Positions 1 through 7,759 of a stretch of DNA of 34,249 nucleotides are shown piece after piece. The DNA is from Synergistaceae bacterium (lineage in GTDB: Bacteria > Synergistota > Synergistia > Synergistales > Synergistaceae): NCBI GenBank assembly GCA_030539135.1, contig JAUNSQ010000002.1:1-34249 (forward strand). Reading direction: 5' to 3'. The notes below the pieces were generated by a model, which had not been told where the DNA came from, ran no database searches, and was given only the letters and a program-made list of their open reading frames with translations. A program made the translations under genes and the position numbers. Position 1 is the stretch's first letter; every line of letters begins with the position of its first letter.

Positions 1-229
1 GTTTTATTTTATTGAGAAGGTTGTAGACAGTGTCAGTGTCGCAGATATCGCCCTTAATAAATGAAAATTTATCAGATGGCAGACCGTCTAGAGAAGCTAG
101 ATTGCCGGCGTAAGTCAGCTTATCCAGCACGACGATTTTGTGCCCAATGGAAACAAGATAATGGACGAGATTGCTTCCGATGAATCCTGCCGCGCCTGTG
201 AGAAGATATGTCTTGCAACTTGTGTTCAT
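1..229 (-). CDS. rfbB: dTDP-glucose 4,6-dehydratase, N-terminal part (gene runs off the window start)
   Basis: Reverse-strand translation from CAT at 227-229 gives MNTSCKTYLLTGAAGFIGSNLVHYLVSIGHKIVVLDKLTYAGNLASLDGL..FIKGDICD. This shows a GxxGxxG Rossmann motif plus the LDKLTYAGN and GDIcD signatures typical of RfbB/RmlB. It is absent from the ORF track because it is truncated. Confidence 0.8.
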   Translation of the reverse strand, partial: MNTSCKTYLLTGAAGFIGSNLVHYLVSIGHKIVVLDKLTYAGNLASLDGLPSDKFSFIKGDICDTDTVYNLLNKIK

Positions 230-285
230 GTCAACATCTCCAAATCTGATGTTATTAATGTTTTAGATTATAACATGCGACAACG

Positions 286-1101
286 TTAATGTATCTTATA
301 CACTGCCATTCCTATCCATTCTTTGATCCCGAGGCATGTTGCCATAAGCGAGCCAGCGTCGGGCAGGAGGTTCGGTATGCCTTTTTGCCTTGTGTTTGTC
401 AATGTGCCGGAAGAATATGGATATAGCTTTACTTCTGGAATGTATCTTTGGGCGCAGTAGACGGAGCGCGGCATGTGGAACGCGTTAGTGACGAGGACGA
501 CGGAGGAAAAACTGTTGAGCGATGGTGGAGCAGTTGTTGAGCGGACGTTGAGCGATTGTTTAGTGGCGGAGGAGCGGTCGTTGAGCAGTTGTTTGGTGTA
601 GAGCAGGTTCTCTTTTGTTGTACGGGATTTTTTGTCAAGATATGTTTTGCCGGTCCAGCCGATTTTTCTTGCGCAGTCTTCCATGACCTCGGCTTCAGAT
701 TTATCGTCGAGCCCGTAGACGTTGCCGCCGGAAAGTATGAGAGGGCAGTTGAGTTCTCTCGCTATCTTCACGCCGCATACGACTCTTTCAAGCGCGAAGA
801 CGCCAGGCTGTGGTCTGCCGTCGACATCGTAAGTCGACCCGCCGGATAGGACTAATACAGCGCATGGAGTTCTTTTTGGCGGAAGCTGCCTGGAATACAT
901 ATTTTCGAGCGGGCCTGTGATGCAGTGCGCGCCAAACGGTGCGCTCATGAACCATAGCGCGGCGGAGAATACGATCAAAAGCAACGCGAGTATTTTCTTG
1001 CGCGGCTTCCGCCATGCAAGATATGCGAAGAGGATTAAGACGATGCACAAAAGCCCAGGAGGAACTACAAGGCTTCCCGCGAGTTTATAAAGGTAGAACA
1101 T
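286..1101 (-). CDS. DUF218 (YdcF/ElyC/SanA-like) membrane-anchored protein
   Basis: 271-aa ORF with N-terminal TM helices. Core motifs are VLVLSGG, ILSGGNVYG and LVTNAFHMPRS, characteristic of DUF218. It carries an internal degenerate tandem repeat (see repeat feature). Confidence 0.75.
   Translation of the reverse strand: MFYLYKLAGSLVVPPGLLCIVLILFAYLAWRKPRKKILALLLIVFSAALWFMSAPFGAHCITGPLENMYSRQLPPKRTPCAVLVLSGGSTYDVDGRPQPGVFALERVVCGVKIARELNCPLILSGGNVYGLDDKSEAEVMEDCARKIGWTGKTYLDKKSRTTKENLLYTKQLLNDRSSATKQSLNVRSTTAPPSLNSFSSVVLVTNAFHMPRSVYCAQRYIPEVKLYPYSSGTLTNTRQKGIPNLLPDAGSLMATCLGIKEWIGMAVYKIH
499..597 (-). repeat. In-frame degenerate tandem repeat (three units of about 33 nt) inside the DUF218 gene
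   Basis: Minus-strand units are ACCAAACAACTGCTCAACGACCGCTCCTCCGCC, ACTAAACAATCGCTCAACGTCCGCTCAACAACTGCT and CCACCATCGCTCAACAGTTTTTCCTCCGTC. They encode TKQLLNDRSSA, TKQSLNVRSTTA and PPSLNSFSSV. Confidence 0.7.
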
Positions 1102-1254
1102 GGTCGATTATCGTCACTCCCTTGCGCGTGTAGTCAATGTGATTAGCAGAACAACAGGGATTGGAAATGAATTCGTTTGATAGATGCCGCTCGGAAGAGT
1201 ATCATAAATCCGTATAGAAAAAGTTTTGCGATTTATAAAAGGACGGCGGGATTT

Positions 1255-2442
1255 ATGGATGAAGTTCGCAGACGCAGCTGGGCTGAGATAGACCTTGGCG
1301 CGGCGGAATATAATTTTAAACAGATCAAGGCGGTGTTGAAGCCCGGCGTGAGGTTTTGCTGCGTCGTCAAGGCGGACGCGTATGGCCACGGGGCAGTCGA
1401 GCTGGCGAAGCTTTACGAGTCGCTCGGCGCAGACTGGTTCGCGGTCTCCAACATCGAAGAGGCGCTGCAGCTGCGGTTGTCGGATGTCAGTCTCCCAATA
1501 CTCGTCCTTGGCTACACTCCTGTTGGCTGCGCTGAGTTGCTTGCCAAGTACAATATCTCCCAGTGTATGTACTCATACGATTACGCGAAGGCGCTTTCTA
1601 GCGCGGCAGTCGCGGCGAAGGTCTCTGTCAGCGTCCATGTCAAATTCGACACGGGCATGGGGCGTATAGGTTTTCGCAGCAAGGGCGACGAGCACGATGA
1701 GCTCGACCTTGCGCTTGCGGCCTGCGGATTGCCTGGAATAATGGTCGAGGGAGCATTCACGCATTTTGCGGTGGCCGATGAGAGCGATAACGGAGAGGCT
1801 TTCACGCGTTGCCAGTATCAGAACTTTGTCGCGGGGACGAAATATCTTGAGGATAACGGCGTGCGGATAAGGATAAAGCATTGCGCGAACAGCGCGGCTA
1901 TCTTTGATTACCCCGAATACCAGCTCGATATGGTCCGCGCGGGCGTCATCCTGTACGGAGTGAAGCCGTCGGATGCGGTAAAAAATCTCCCAGCGCTCAA
2001 ACCCGTTATGACGCTCCGTTCTGTCATTTCTCACATAAAAACTGTCTATCCGGGCGAATCGATAAGCTACGGGTGCGTATTCAAAGCAGAGAGACCGATG
2101 AGGGTCGCTACGATACCAATAGGATATGCGGACGGATTTTGGCGGGCGAACTACAAGCCTCCGTACTCTTTGTTGGTCAACGGATACGACGTGCCGATAC
2201 TTGGCAAGGTGTGTATGGATCAGCTTATGGTCGATGTTACGGACGCTCGGTGTGAGGTTGGCGACATCGTCACAGTATTTGGTTCGGAGCCGGGGCATAC
2301 CGCCGACGATATCGCGAGTGTTAACGGCACGATAAATTATGAGGTGCTGTGTGCGGTAGGGGCTCGTGTGCCGCGCGCTTATGTCAGGGACGGGAAGACG
2401 TTAGCGTGGCGTGACCATCTCTACGGCGACGAGTCAGTTTAA
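1255..2442 (+). CDS. alr: alanine racemase
   Basis: Begins MDEVRRRSWAEIDLGAAEYNF and contains the PLP-lysine motif VVKADAYGHG plus a C-terminal YGxxxxxxIPIGYADG-type motif (ATIPIGYADGF). ATG at 1255 is preceded by AAAGGA. The track ORF start at 1177 (TTG) looks like an N-terminal over-extension. Confidence 0.9.
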   Translation: MDEVRRRSWAEIDLGAAEYNFKQIKAVLKPGVRFCCVVKADAYGHGAVELAKLYESLGADWFAVSNIEEALQLRLSDVSLPILVLGYTPVGCAELLAKYNISQCMYSYDYAKALSSAAVAAKVSVSVHVKFDTGMGRIGFRSKGDEHDELDLALAACGLPGIMVEGAFTHFAVADESDNGEAFTRCQYQNFVAGTKYLEDNGVRIRIKHCANSAAIFDYPEYQLDMVRAGVILYGVKPSDAVKNLPALKPVMTLRSVISHIKTVYPGESISYGCVFKAERPMRVATIPIGYADGFWRANYKPPYSLLVNGYDVPILGKVCMDQLMVDVTDARCEVGDIVTVFGSEPGHTADDIASVNGTINYEVLCAVGARVPRAYVRDGKTLAWRDHLYGDESV

Positions 2443-2546
2443 CTGAAGAAAATTTTGGACCACGCCGCGTGAAGGTATATTACTTCCTGTTCCGACGGCG
2501 ATGGTGTATTATTTAGATGTAAAGAACGTGATTGGCAGGTGTTGAT

Positions 2547-3494
2547 ATGTTTCAGCTGAAGAAGACGGCTCTCGTTACCGGCGGCGCTGGGTTCATAGGT
2601 TCCCATACGACAGATGCGCTCATCGCGCAGGGGTGGAAAGTCATAGTGGTCGACGACCTCTCGTCTGGTAACTTGGACAACCTCAGGCATCTTAGGGGAA
2701 ATCCGTGTTTTAGCTTTATGCGTGGGGATATCTGCGACGTAGAGCTGATGAAGCGCCTGCTCCACGGGGCTGATGAAGTGTTTCATTTTGCCGCGCAGGT
2801 ATCGGTACCGCTCTCAATAGATGACCCAGAAGGGTGTTATAGAGTAAATATCGACGCTTTCAAGAACCTGCTTCTCCTGTGCAAGGAACGGAAGCTGCCG
2901 GTGTTTTACGCGAGCTCGGCCGCCGTCTACGGCAACAGGGGCGACGGCGTGAGAGACGAAGAAGAGGCTCCGCGTCCGCTCTCACCTTTTGGCGCGAGCA
3001 AGGCGATAGACGAAATGCTGGCTTCCGCGGCGTGGAATTCATGGGGCGTGCCGGCGGTTGGTTTCCGTTTCTTTAACGTATACGGCCCGAGGCAAAATCC
3101 GAACGGCGCTTACGCCTCTATCATACCGAAGTTTTGCAGCGTGATGGCGTGTGGTTCTACGCCGGTTATCTATGGCGACGGGGAGCAGACGCGCGATTTT
3201 ATCCATGTAAAGGACGTTGCCGCCATAATCGTTAAGATGTCAGATATGGCGAAGGAAAACGGCGGCAGGGTATTCAACGTGGCGACAGGGGTGAGCATAA
3301 GCGTCAACGCGTTGCTGAAGGCTATCTCCGATAAGATATCGATACCGCCGAAGGCCGACTACAAACCTGCCCGTGCCGGCGACATCGTCAGCAACGCTGC
3401 GGACATCTCGCGGCTCAAGTCGGCGCTCAAGGATATAAAATTTACTGATATCAACGAGGGGCTCGTCGATACTGTAGAGTGGTATAAAGCGTAG
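2547..3494 (+). CDS. NAD-dependent extended-SDR sugar-nucleotide epimerase (WbpP/TviC-like UDP-GlcNAc 4-epimerase family)
   Basis: Contains TGGAGFIGSH, YASSAAVYG, FRFFNVYGPRQNPNGAYASIIPKF and GDGEQTRDF. The expected SPYxxxK catalytic motif reads SPFGASK (TTT codon at 2988-2990). Confidence 0.85.
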   Translation: MFQLKKTALVTGGAGFIGSHTTDALIAQGWKVIVVDDLSSGNLDNLRHLRGNPCFSFMRGDICDVELMKRLLHGADEVFHFAAQVSVPLSIDDPEGCYRVNIDAFKNLLLLCKERKLPVFYASSAAVYGNRGDGVRDEEEAPRPLSPFGASKAIDEMLASAAWNSWGVPAVGFRFFNVYGPRQNPNGAYASIIPKFCSVMACGSTPVIYGDGEQTRDFIHVKDVAAIIVKMSDMAKENGGRVFNVATGVSISVNALLKAISDKISIPPKADYKPARAGDIVSNAADISRLKSALKDIKFTDINEGLVDTVEWYKA

Positions 3495-3682
3495 CGGAAC
3501 TAATATATATGTTTGCCCTCCGCCATTCCCGGGACCAAACGAACTGGGTCTATTATTGGCCCAAAATAGATTGCAAAATATTTAAAGGCCGCGCTTCCCT
3601 AAAAATAATATACAAGTGATGTCTTTCTCATAAACAGCGTTTGTGCTGATGGAATGATACGTCGTGATTATTGCCGACTGTA

Positions 3683-4048
3683 TTATTTATCCGGTTCGCC
3701 CGAGCCGTGTATGGAGCATCTAACAATCTTATTGTTATCGGGGTCCATGGAATAGACGCCGCCGGACGGGCATTTTGATTTATCGTTGGTTATCATCTTC
3801 TGATATCCGTCGGAGATAAATCTATCCAAGTTATAGTCTTCAGGCGCCAGCCCAGCTGAAAATCTGTACGCGTCGAGCGCGACCCCTATCGCCACGCGGT
3901 TGCCGTAGCATGCCACGGCTTTCGCCTTGTCGTCAGAGGGCCCCAGAACTAGATAGAGCGCGCCGCCCAGCGCGCCGATAATGACCAATACTACCAGCAG
4001 CTCAACAAGCGTAAATCCTCTGTGCGTTTTGCGTTGTATCTTTGTCAT
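3683..4048 (-). CDS. prepilin-type N-terminal cleavage/methylation domain protein (type IV pilin / pseudopilin-like)
   Basis: MTKIQRKTHRG|FTLVELLVVLVIIGALGG is a class III signal peptide. AGGAGG lies 7 nt upstream of the ATG at 4048. The C-terminal motif is CPSGG..C..HG. No pilus-assembly genes are adjacent. Confidence 0.8.
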   Translation of the reverse strand: MTKIQRKTHRGFTLVELLVVLVIIGALGGALYLVLGPSDDKAKAVACYGNRVAIGVALDAYRFSAGLAPEDYNLDRFISDGYQKMITNDKSKCPSGGVYSMDPDNNKIVRCSIHGSGEPDK

Positions 4049-4279
4049 AGGCGTTCCTCCTGATGATATATGCCTTTCGGCGGCGTATGCGGCTCGTGCG
4101 GCCGCGCCATCTTTTGTGTCCATTATATATTACAACGTGAAAAATGGGAGAAAGTTGAAAGAGATCGTGGGGAGGGCGATGCTACAGCGGTTAAGTATTT
4201 TGCGCCTTTTTTACACGAAGTATTTTCGGTTATCATGCTTTTACATAGTCAGACTAATGGAAAGCGAGCGTGACGGCCT

Positions 4280-5740
4280 TTGGAAAACGTAACCTATCTT
4301 ATATTGTTTATCTCGGCGATATTGCTCTTCTGTATCGCGTTCAGCCGCTTTCTTTCCAAGGCCGGTATTCCCGTGCTTGTCTTCTTCATCTTTGCCGGTA
4401 TGTTCATGGGTTCGGATGGCCTAGGCGGGATATATTTTGACAATGCGGCGGCCGCCAGCACGATAGGCAACTTTGCCATCTGCTACATTCTTTTCGCGGG
4501 CGGTATGGCCACCAGCTGGAAGTCGGCGCGCGGCGTGCTTGTCCCCGGGGCGCTGCTGGCCACGTGGGGGGTGCTGCTGACGGCGTTCCTCGTTGGCGTC
4601 TCAGCCCATTATCTCGTTGGACTGACGCTTATGCAGGGCCTGCTGCTTGGCGCCGTTGTCTCGTGTACCGATGCCGCCTCGGTCTTTTCTATCCTGCGTT
4701 CGAAGAGTATGAACCTGAAGGGCGACGTTGCTCCGCTGCTTGAGCTGGAGAGCAGCAGCAACGACCCCACAGCGTACATGCTGACTATCACGATAGTCAG
4801 CCTCATAAATTCCCCGGACAGCGGGTTAATGCGCTTTGCCGGAATGTTTCTGGCGCAGTTCGCGCTCGGCGGCGCGCTGGGGTTTGCGCTCGGTTTCGCC
4901 GGGGCTTGGATCATCAACAGGATAAAGCTCAACAGCGACGGTATGTATCCCGTTGTCGCCGTGACGATCGCTGCGCTCGTTTATACGATAATACAGACGC
5001 TGCATGGCAACGGCTTTCTCGGGATATACATAGCGGGCATGGTGATGGGGAACGTCAAATTAGTCCAGAAGGGCGTGCTCGTGCGCTTCTTCGACGGGTT
5101 TTCATGGCTGATGCAGATATTAGTCTTCGTTACGCTGGGGCTGCTTGTCTTCCCCATGCAGCTGCCGTCGGTATGGCTGCCGGCGGTGGTCACCTCGCTG
5201 CTGTTGATGTTCGTTATCCGCCCGGTCACCGTATTTTTCACCCTCATACCGTTCAATTATCAAACGAAAGCCAAGCTCCTTATTTCATGGGTAGGTTTCC
5301 GCGGAGCGTCGTCGATAGTCTTTGCCACCTATGCGCTGACCGAGAATATCGCGCAGGGAGACGTCATCTTCAATATGGTATTCATAATATCGCTCACATC
5401 GGTCATAGTACAAGGTTCTCTCCTTGCTCCGCTCGCGGCGATGCTGGATCAATTGGACACGGAGGATTCGACTCTAGTGGCGCGCAGTTTTACGGACTTT
5501 GAAGAAGACTTTCCTGGCACGCTTTACGAACTCAAAGCAGGGCAAGGTTCCAAGGCGGTTGGCCTGTTCGTAAAAGAACTTGATTTCCCGGACGAAGTTC
5601 GCATCATCATTATCAAACGCGGCGGCAGTGCTCTGACGCCGACTGGCAATACGAAACTGGAGGTCGGCGATGTCCTGACGGTTTCCGCAAAGGGGCAGCA
5701 GGAACTGCTCAGCCTGCGGACGAGGCTTGGTCTAAGCTAG
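4280..5740 (+). CDS. K+/H+ (cation:proton) antiporter, NhaP2/CvrA-like, with a C-terminal TrkA-C domain
   Basis: About 11-12 TM helices, with GMFMGSDGLGGIYFDN and ESSSNDP motifs typical of CPA1 NhaP2. The soluble C-terminal tail (GDVLTVSA) resembles TrkA-C. TTG start. Confidence 0.8.
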   Translation: MENVTYLILFISAILLFCIAFSRFLSKAGIPVLVFFIFAGMFMGSDGLGGIYFDNAAAASTIGNFAICYILFAGGMATSWKSARGVLVPGALLATWGVLLTAFLVGVSAHYLVGLTLMQGLLLGAVVSCTDAASVFSILRSKSMNLKGDVAPLLELESSSNDPTAYMLTITIVSLINSPDSGLMRFAGMFLAQFALGGALGFALGFAGAWIINRIKLNSDGMYPVVAVTIAALVYTIIQTLHGNGFLGIYIAGMVMGNVKLVQKGVLVRFFDGFSWLMQILVFVTLGLLVFPMQLPSVWLPAVVTSLLLMFVIRPVTVFFTLIPFNYQTKAKLLISWVGFRGASSIVFATYALTENIAQGDVIFNMVFIISLTSVIVQGSLLAPLAAMLDQLDTEDSTLVARSFTDFEEDFPGTLYELKAGQGSKAVGLFVKELDFPDEVRIIIIKRGGSALTPTGNTKLEVGDVLTVSAKGQQELLSLRTRLGLS

Positions 5741-6062
5741 CCGTTCACCGACAGCGCAGGGGATAGTATTATTTTATATCGGGCAGCTTGTCGCTGCCTT
5801 TATGCTTCCACTGGCTGGACGTGTTTTTCGTGCTCATATATGTTTCGGGCGGAGTAATGAGGGTCGCCAGCTTTTGAATTTTTTCTCGTTTGCAGTTATA
5901 ATAACACCACAACGTGTAGCTATAACAGCGTAAGTCCAGTTGTTAGAGCTGCGCGTTTTTTTAATATACGTATATAAATTGTTTATATCTATAAACACTG
6001 TATTAAATAACGATTTTTTGCGAATATTTAGAAAGAGTAACAATGGCACGGAGGTGTTTCAA

Positions 6063-6626
6063 ATGACGGAACAAACGGCGGCAAAATTTAACCATCCTTA
6101 CAAGGTCGACGATTACGTGGTTTATCGCCGCAGCGGGGTATGTCGCATAGTCGATATCCGCAGGGAGAATTTCAGCAGCCTTGGCGAAAAGGAATATTAC
6201 GTGATGAAGGCGCTGTGCGACGAACGTTCAAAGTTTTATGTGCCGGCAGACCTCGACGTGGTGGAACATTGTATACGCAGAGTGCTCTCGCCCGACGAGG
6301 TAAAGACCGCTATAGCGCGGGCTGAATCTCTGGACGACAGATGGGACGACGACAGCGACACGCGCACCGCGAATTTTGGCAGGATACTTGCCGGCGGCAG
6401 CAGCGCGGAGGCGTTATGGGTGCTGAAGGCGCTGTCGCTCTATAAGAAAAAGCTCAAGGGCGAGAATAAAAAATTCTATGACAGCGATAGTAAATTACTC
6501 AACGAAGCCGAAAGGATAGTCACGGAGGAATTTTCTTTTGTGCTTGGGATAAAGAGGGAGGATGTCATCCCATATATTTTGAGCTGCATCGATGGCAATA
6601 ACGCAGCAGGCAATATGATTTTTTAG
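6063..6626 (+). CDS. CarD/CdnL-family (CarD_CdnL_TRCF domain) transcription factor-like protein
   Basis: YKVDDYVVYRRSGVCRIVDIR..EYYVMK...FYVP matches the Tudor-like RNAP-interacting domain pattern. GGAGG precedes the ATG at 6063. The track start at 5940 lies in an AT-rich non-coding tract. Confidence 0.7.
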   Translation: MTEQTAAKFNHPYKVDDYVVYRRSGVCRIVDIRRENFSSLGEKEYYVMKALCDERSKFYVPADLDVVEHCIRRVLSPDEVKTAIARAESLDDRWDDDSDTRTANFGRILAGGSSAEALWVLKALSLYKKKLKGENKKFYDSDSKLLNEAERIVTEEFSFVLGIKREDVIPYILSCIDGNNAAGNMIF

Positions 6627-6635
6627 ATACGGAGC

Positions 6636-6956
6636 ATGGATATGACAAGAGAAGACGCGTTGGAGCTCATAGAGCGGATACCGTATATAACGACGTACGC
6701 CGCGCTCAATGAAAAATTTCGGACGGACTGTTACAGAAAGGCCGTAGCGAAGGACGACCCAGTCGAATGGATAAAGTCGATAAAGACGTTTTACATTTTG
6801 AAGAACCAGATATCCGGCAAGAAGATCGGAGAGACGGAGCCGCAGTATGCCGCGAAGGCCAAGGAACGGCTGCATTCGCTTTTGGCGGAGTCGCTTGGTA
6901 TCAAAACGGACGAGGTCGAGGCGTTCGTGAAGTCGCATCTTGAAAGCAAGATGTGA
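6636..6956 (+). CDS. hypothetical protein; stand-alone paralogue of the C-terminal domain of the preceding CarD-like protein
   Basis: Residues RTDCYRKAVAKDDPVEWIKSIKTFYILKNQISGKK...LLAESLGIKTDEVEAFV align by eye with RTANFGRILAGGSSAEALWVLKALSLYKKKLKGEN...FSFVLGIKREDVIPYI of the upstream gene. There is a 9-nt gap to the upstream gene. The start could instead be the second ATG at 6642. Confidence 0.6.
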   Translation: MDMTREDALELIERIPYITTYAALNEKFRTDCYRKAVAKDDPVEWIKSIKTFYILKNQISGKKIGETEPQYAAKAKERLHSLLAESLGIKTDEVEAFVKSHLESKM

Positions 6957-7004
6957 TTTTGAGAAGAGGCGTTCGATATCAAACAGAACGAAGCCAGAGT
7001 ATAT

Positions 7005-7157
7005 ATGAAGGAACACGAGTGTAGGCTGTGCAAATATTTCGGTGAATGCGGGCATACCGAATGCCGCTTTGACGAAGAAACGTCGGAGGCGCGCCGCCGA
7101 GCGAAGGTCACGGGAACCGAAGTGGAAAAGTTACAGGCGAAGCTCTGTGTGAAATAA
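7005..7157 (+). CDS. candidate 50-aa Cys-rich small protein (below the ORF-track cut-off)
   Basis: Translates as MKEHECRLCKYFGECGHTECRFDEETSEARRRAKVTGTEVEKLQAKLCVK, with a CxxCx5Cx4C cluster followed by a charged helix. It is on the same strand as, and 48 nt after, the upstream gene, and is followed by a terminator-like hairpin. The SD is weak. Confidence 0.35.
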   Translation: MKEHECRLCKYFGECGHTECRFDEETSEARRRAKVTGTEVEKLQAKLCVK

Positions 7158-7200
7158 CCCGCGAAAAACAAGAAACAATATAGAGGAACAACGAGTTGTG

Positions 7201-7244
7201 CGAGCCACGTAAATCCGGTTGTGATACGCGCGGCTCGTTTTTTT
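7201..7244 (+). terminator. putative intrinsic terminator closing the CarD-like gene group
   Basis: CGAGCC (7201-06) pairs with GGCTCG (7232-37), with 3 further pairs inside, followed by TTTTTTT (7238-44). The loop is long. Confidence 0.45.
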
Positions 7245-7271
7245 GTGCGAACAGATAAGGAGAACACCATA

Positions 7272-7757
7272 ATGTCAGAAGAAAATACAGCAACAATAAA
7301 TCCTGAAAAATACGATTACGGCAAAGGCGGCGCGTACTATGTCACGGTCTGTGTCAAGGGCGGGCAGAATATCCTGTGGAAATACGCCTCAAATGTGGAC
7401 GCTGACAGCGCGGATAACACGCCACCGTTGTCAGGGCAGGGCGAACATGTCGCCGAGGCCGTCAAGTCCGTGTTTGACGAAAACAAAAACGCCGTACTGG
7501 ACAAGATGGTCGTCATGCCCAACCACATTCATTTGACGCTTTTCGTCACATTGGAGAAGGCGCAGAAGTCCGCCGTGATAAAGAGGACAGTATCAAACAT
7601 AATGGGACAAATCAAGCGCGCCACGTCGAAAGACGCGGCGTGGCAGGAATCGTATTATGACAGGCTCGTTCACGACGCCGCGCAGTATCGGAAGATATGC
7701 GAGTATATAGAAGCGAACCCGTCAAAGTGGACGGAAGACTGCTACTTCAGGGAATAA
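7272..7757 (+). CDS. IS200/IS605-type Y1 (HUH) transposase-like protein, RAYT-like
   Basis: HUH motif MPNHIHL, and the Y1 region WQESYYDRLVHDAAQYRKICEYIEANPSKW, which is the typical WQxxFyDhiiR...YIxxNP pattern. AAGGAG precedes the ATG at 7272. I saw no terminal hairpins and no tnpB. Confidence 0.75.
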   Translation: MSEENTATINPEKYDYGKGGAYYVTVCVKGGQNILWKYASNVDADSADNTPPLSGQGEHVAEAVKSVFDENKNAVLDKMVVMPNHIHLTLFVTLEKAQKSAVIKRTVSNIMGQIKRATSKDAAWQESYYDRLVHDAAQYRKICEYIEANPSKWTEDCYFRE

Positions 7758-7759
7758 AC

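Noticed and set aside
5940-6062. N-terminal extensions of track ORFs (5940, 1177, 2532, 4123, 7221, 9328, 9446, 23215, 24115, 27917, 32267, 33099)
   Set aside because: These alternative-start extensions run through AT-rich or upstream-gene sequence and lack an SD. Internal ATG/TTG starts with good SDs match the expected N-termini of the protein families.
5834-6062. Strongly AT-rich tract with short inverted repeats (GTTATAA..TTATAAC, ATATACGTATAT) upstream of the CarD-like gene
   Set aside because: It is most simply a promoter/UP-element region between two co-oriented genes. It has no terminal repeats, target duplications or coding potential that would indicate a mobile-element remnant. The 71-aa minus-strand ORF there is low-complexity and AT-driven.
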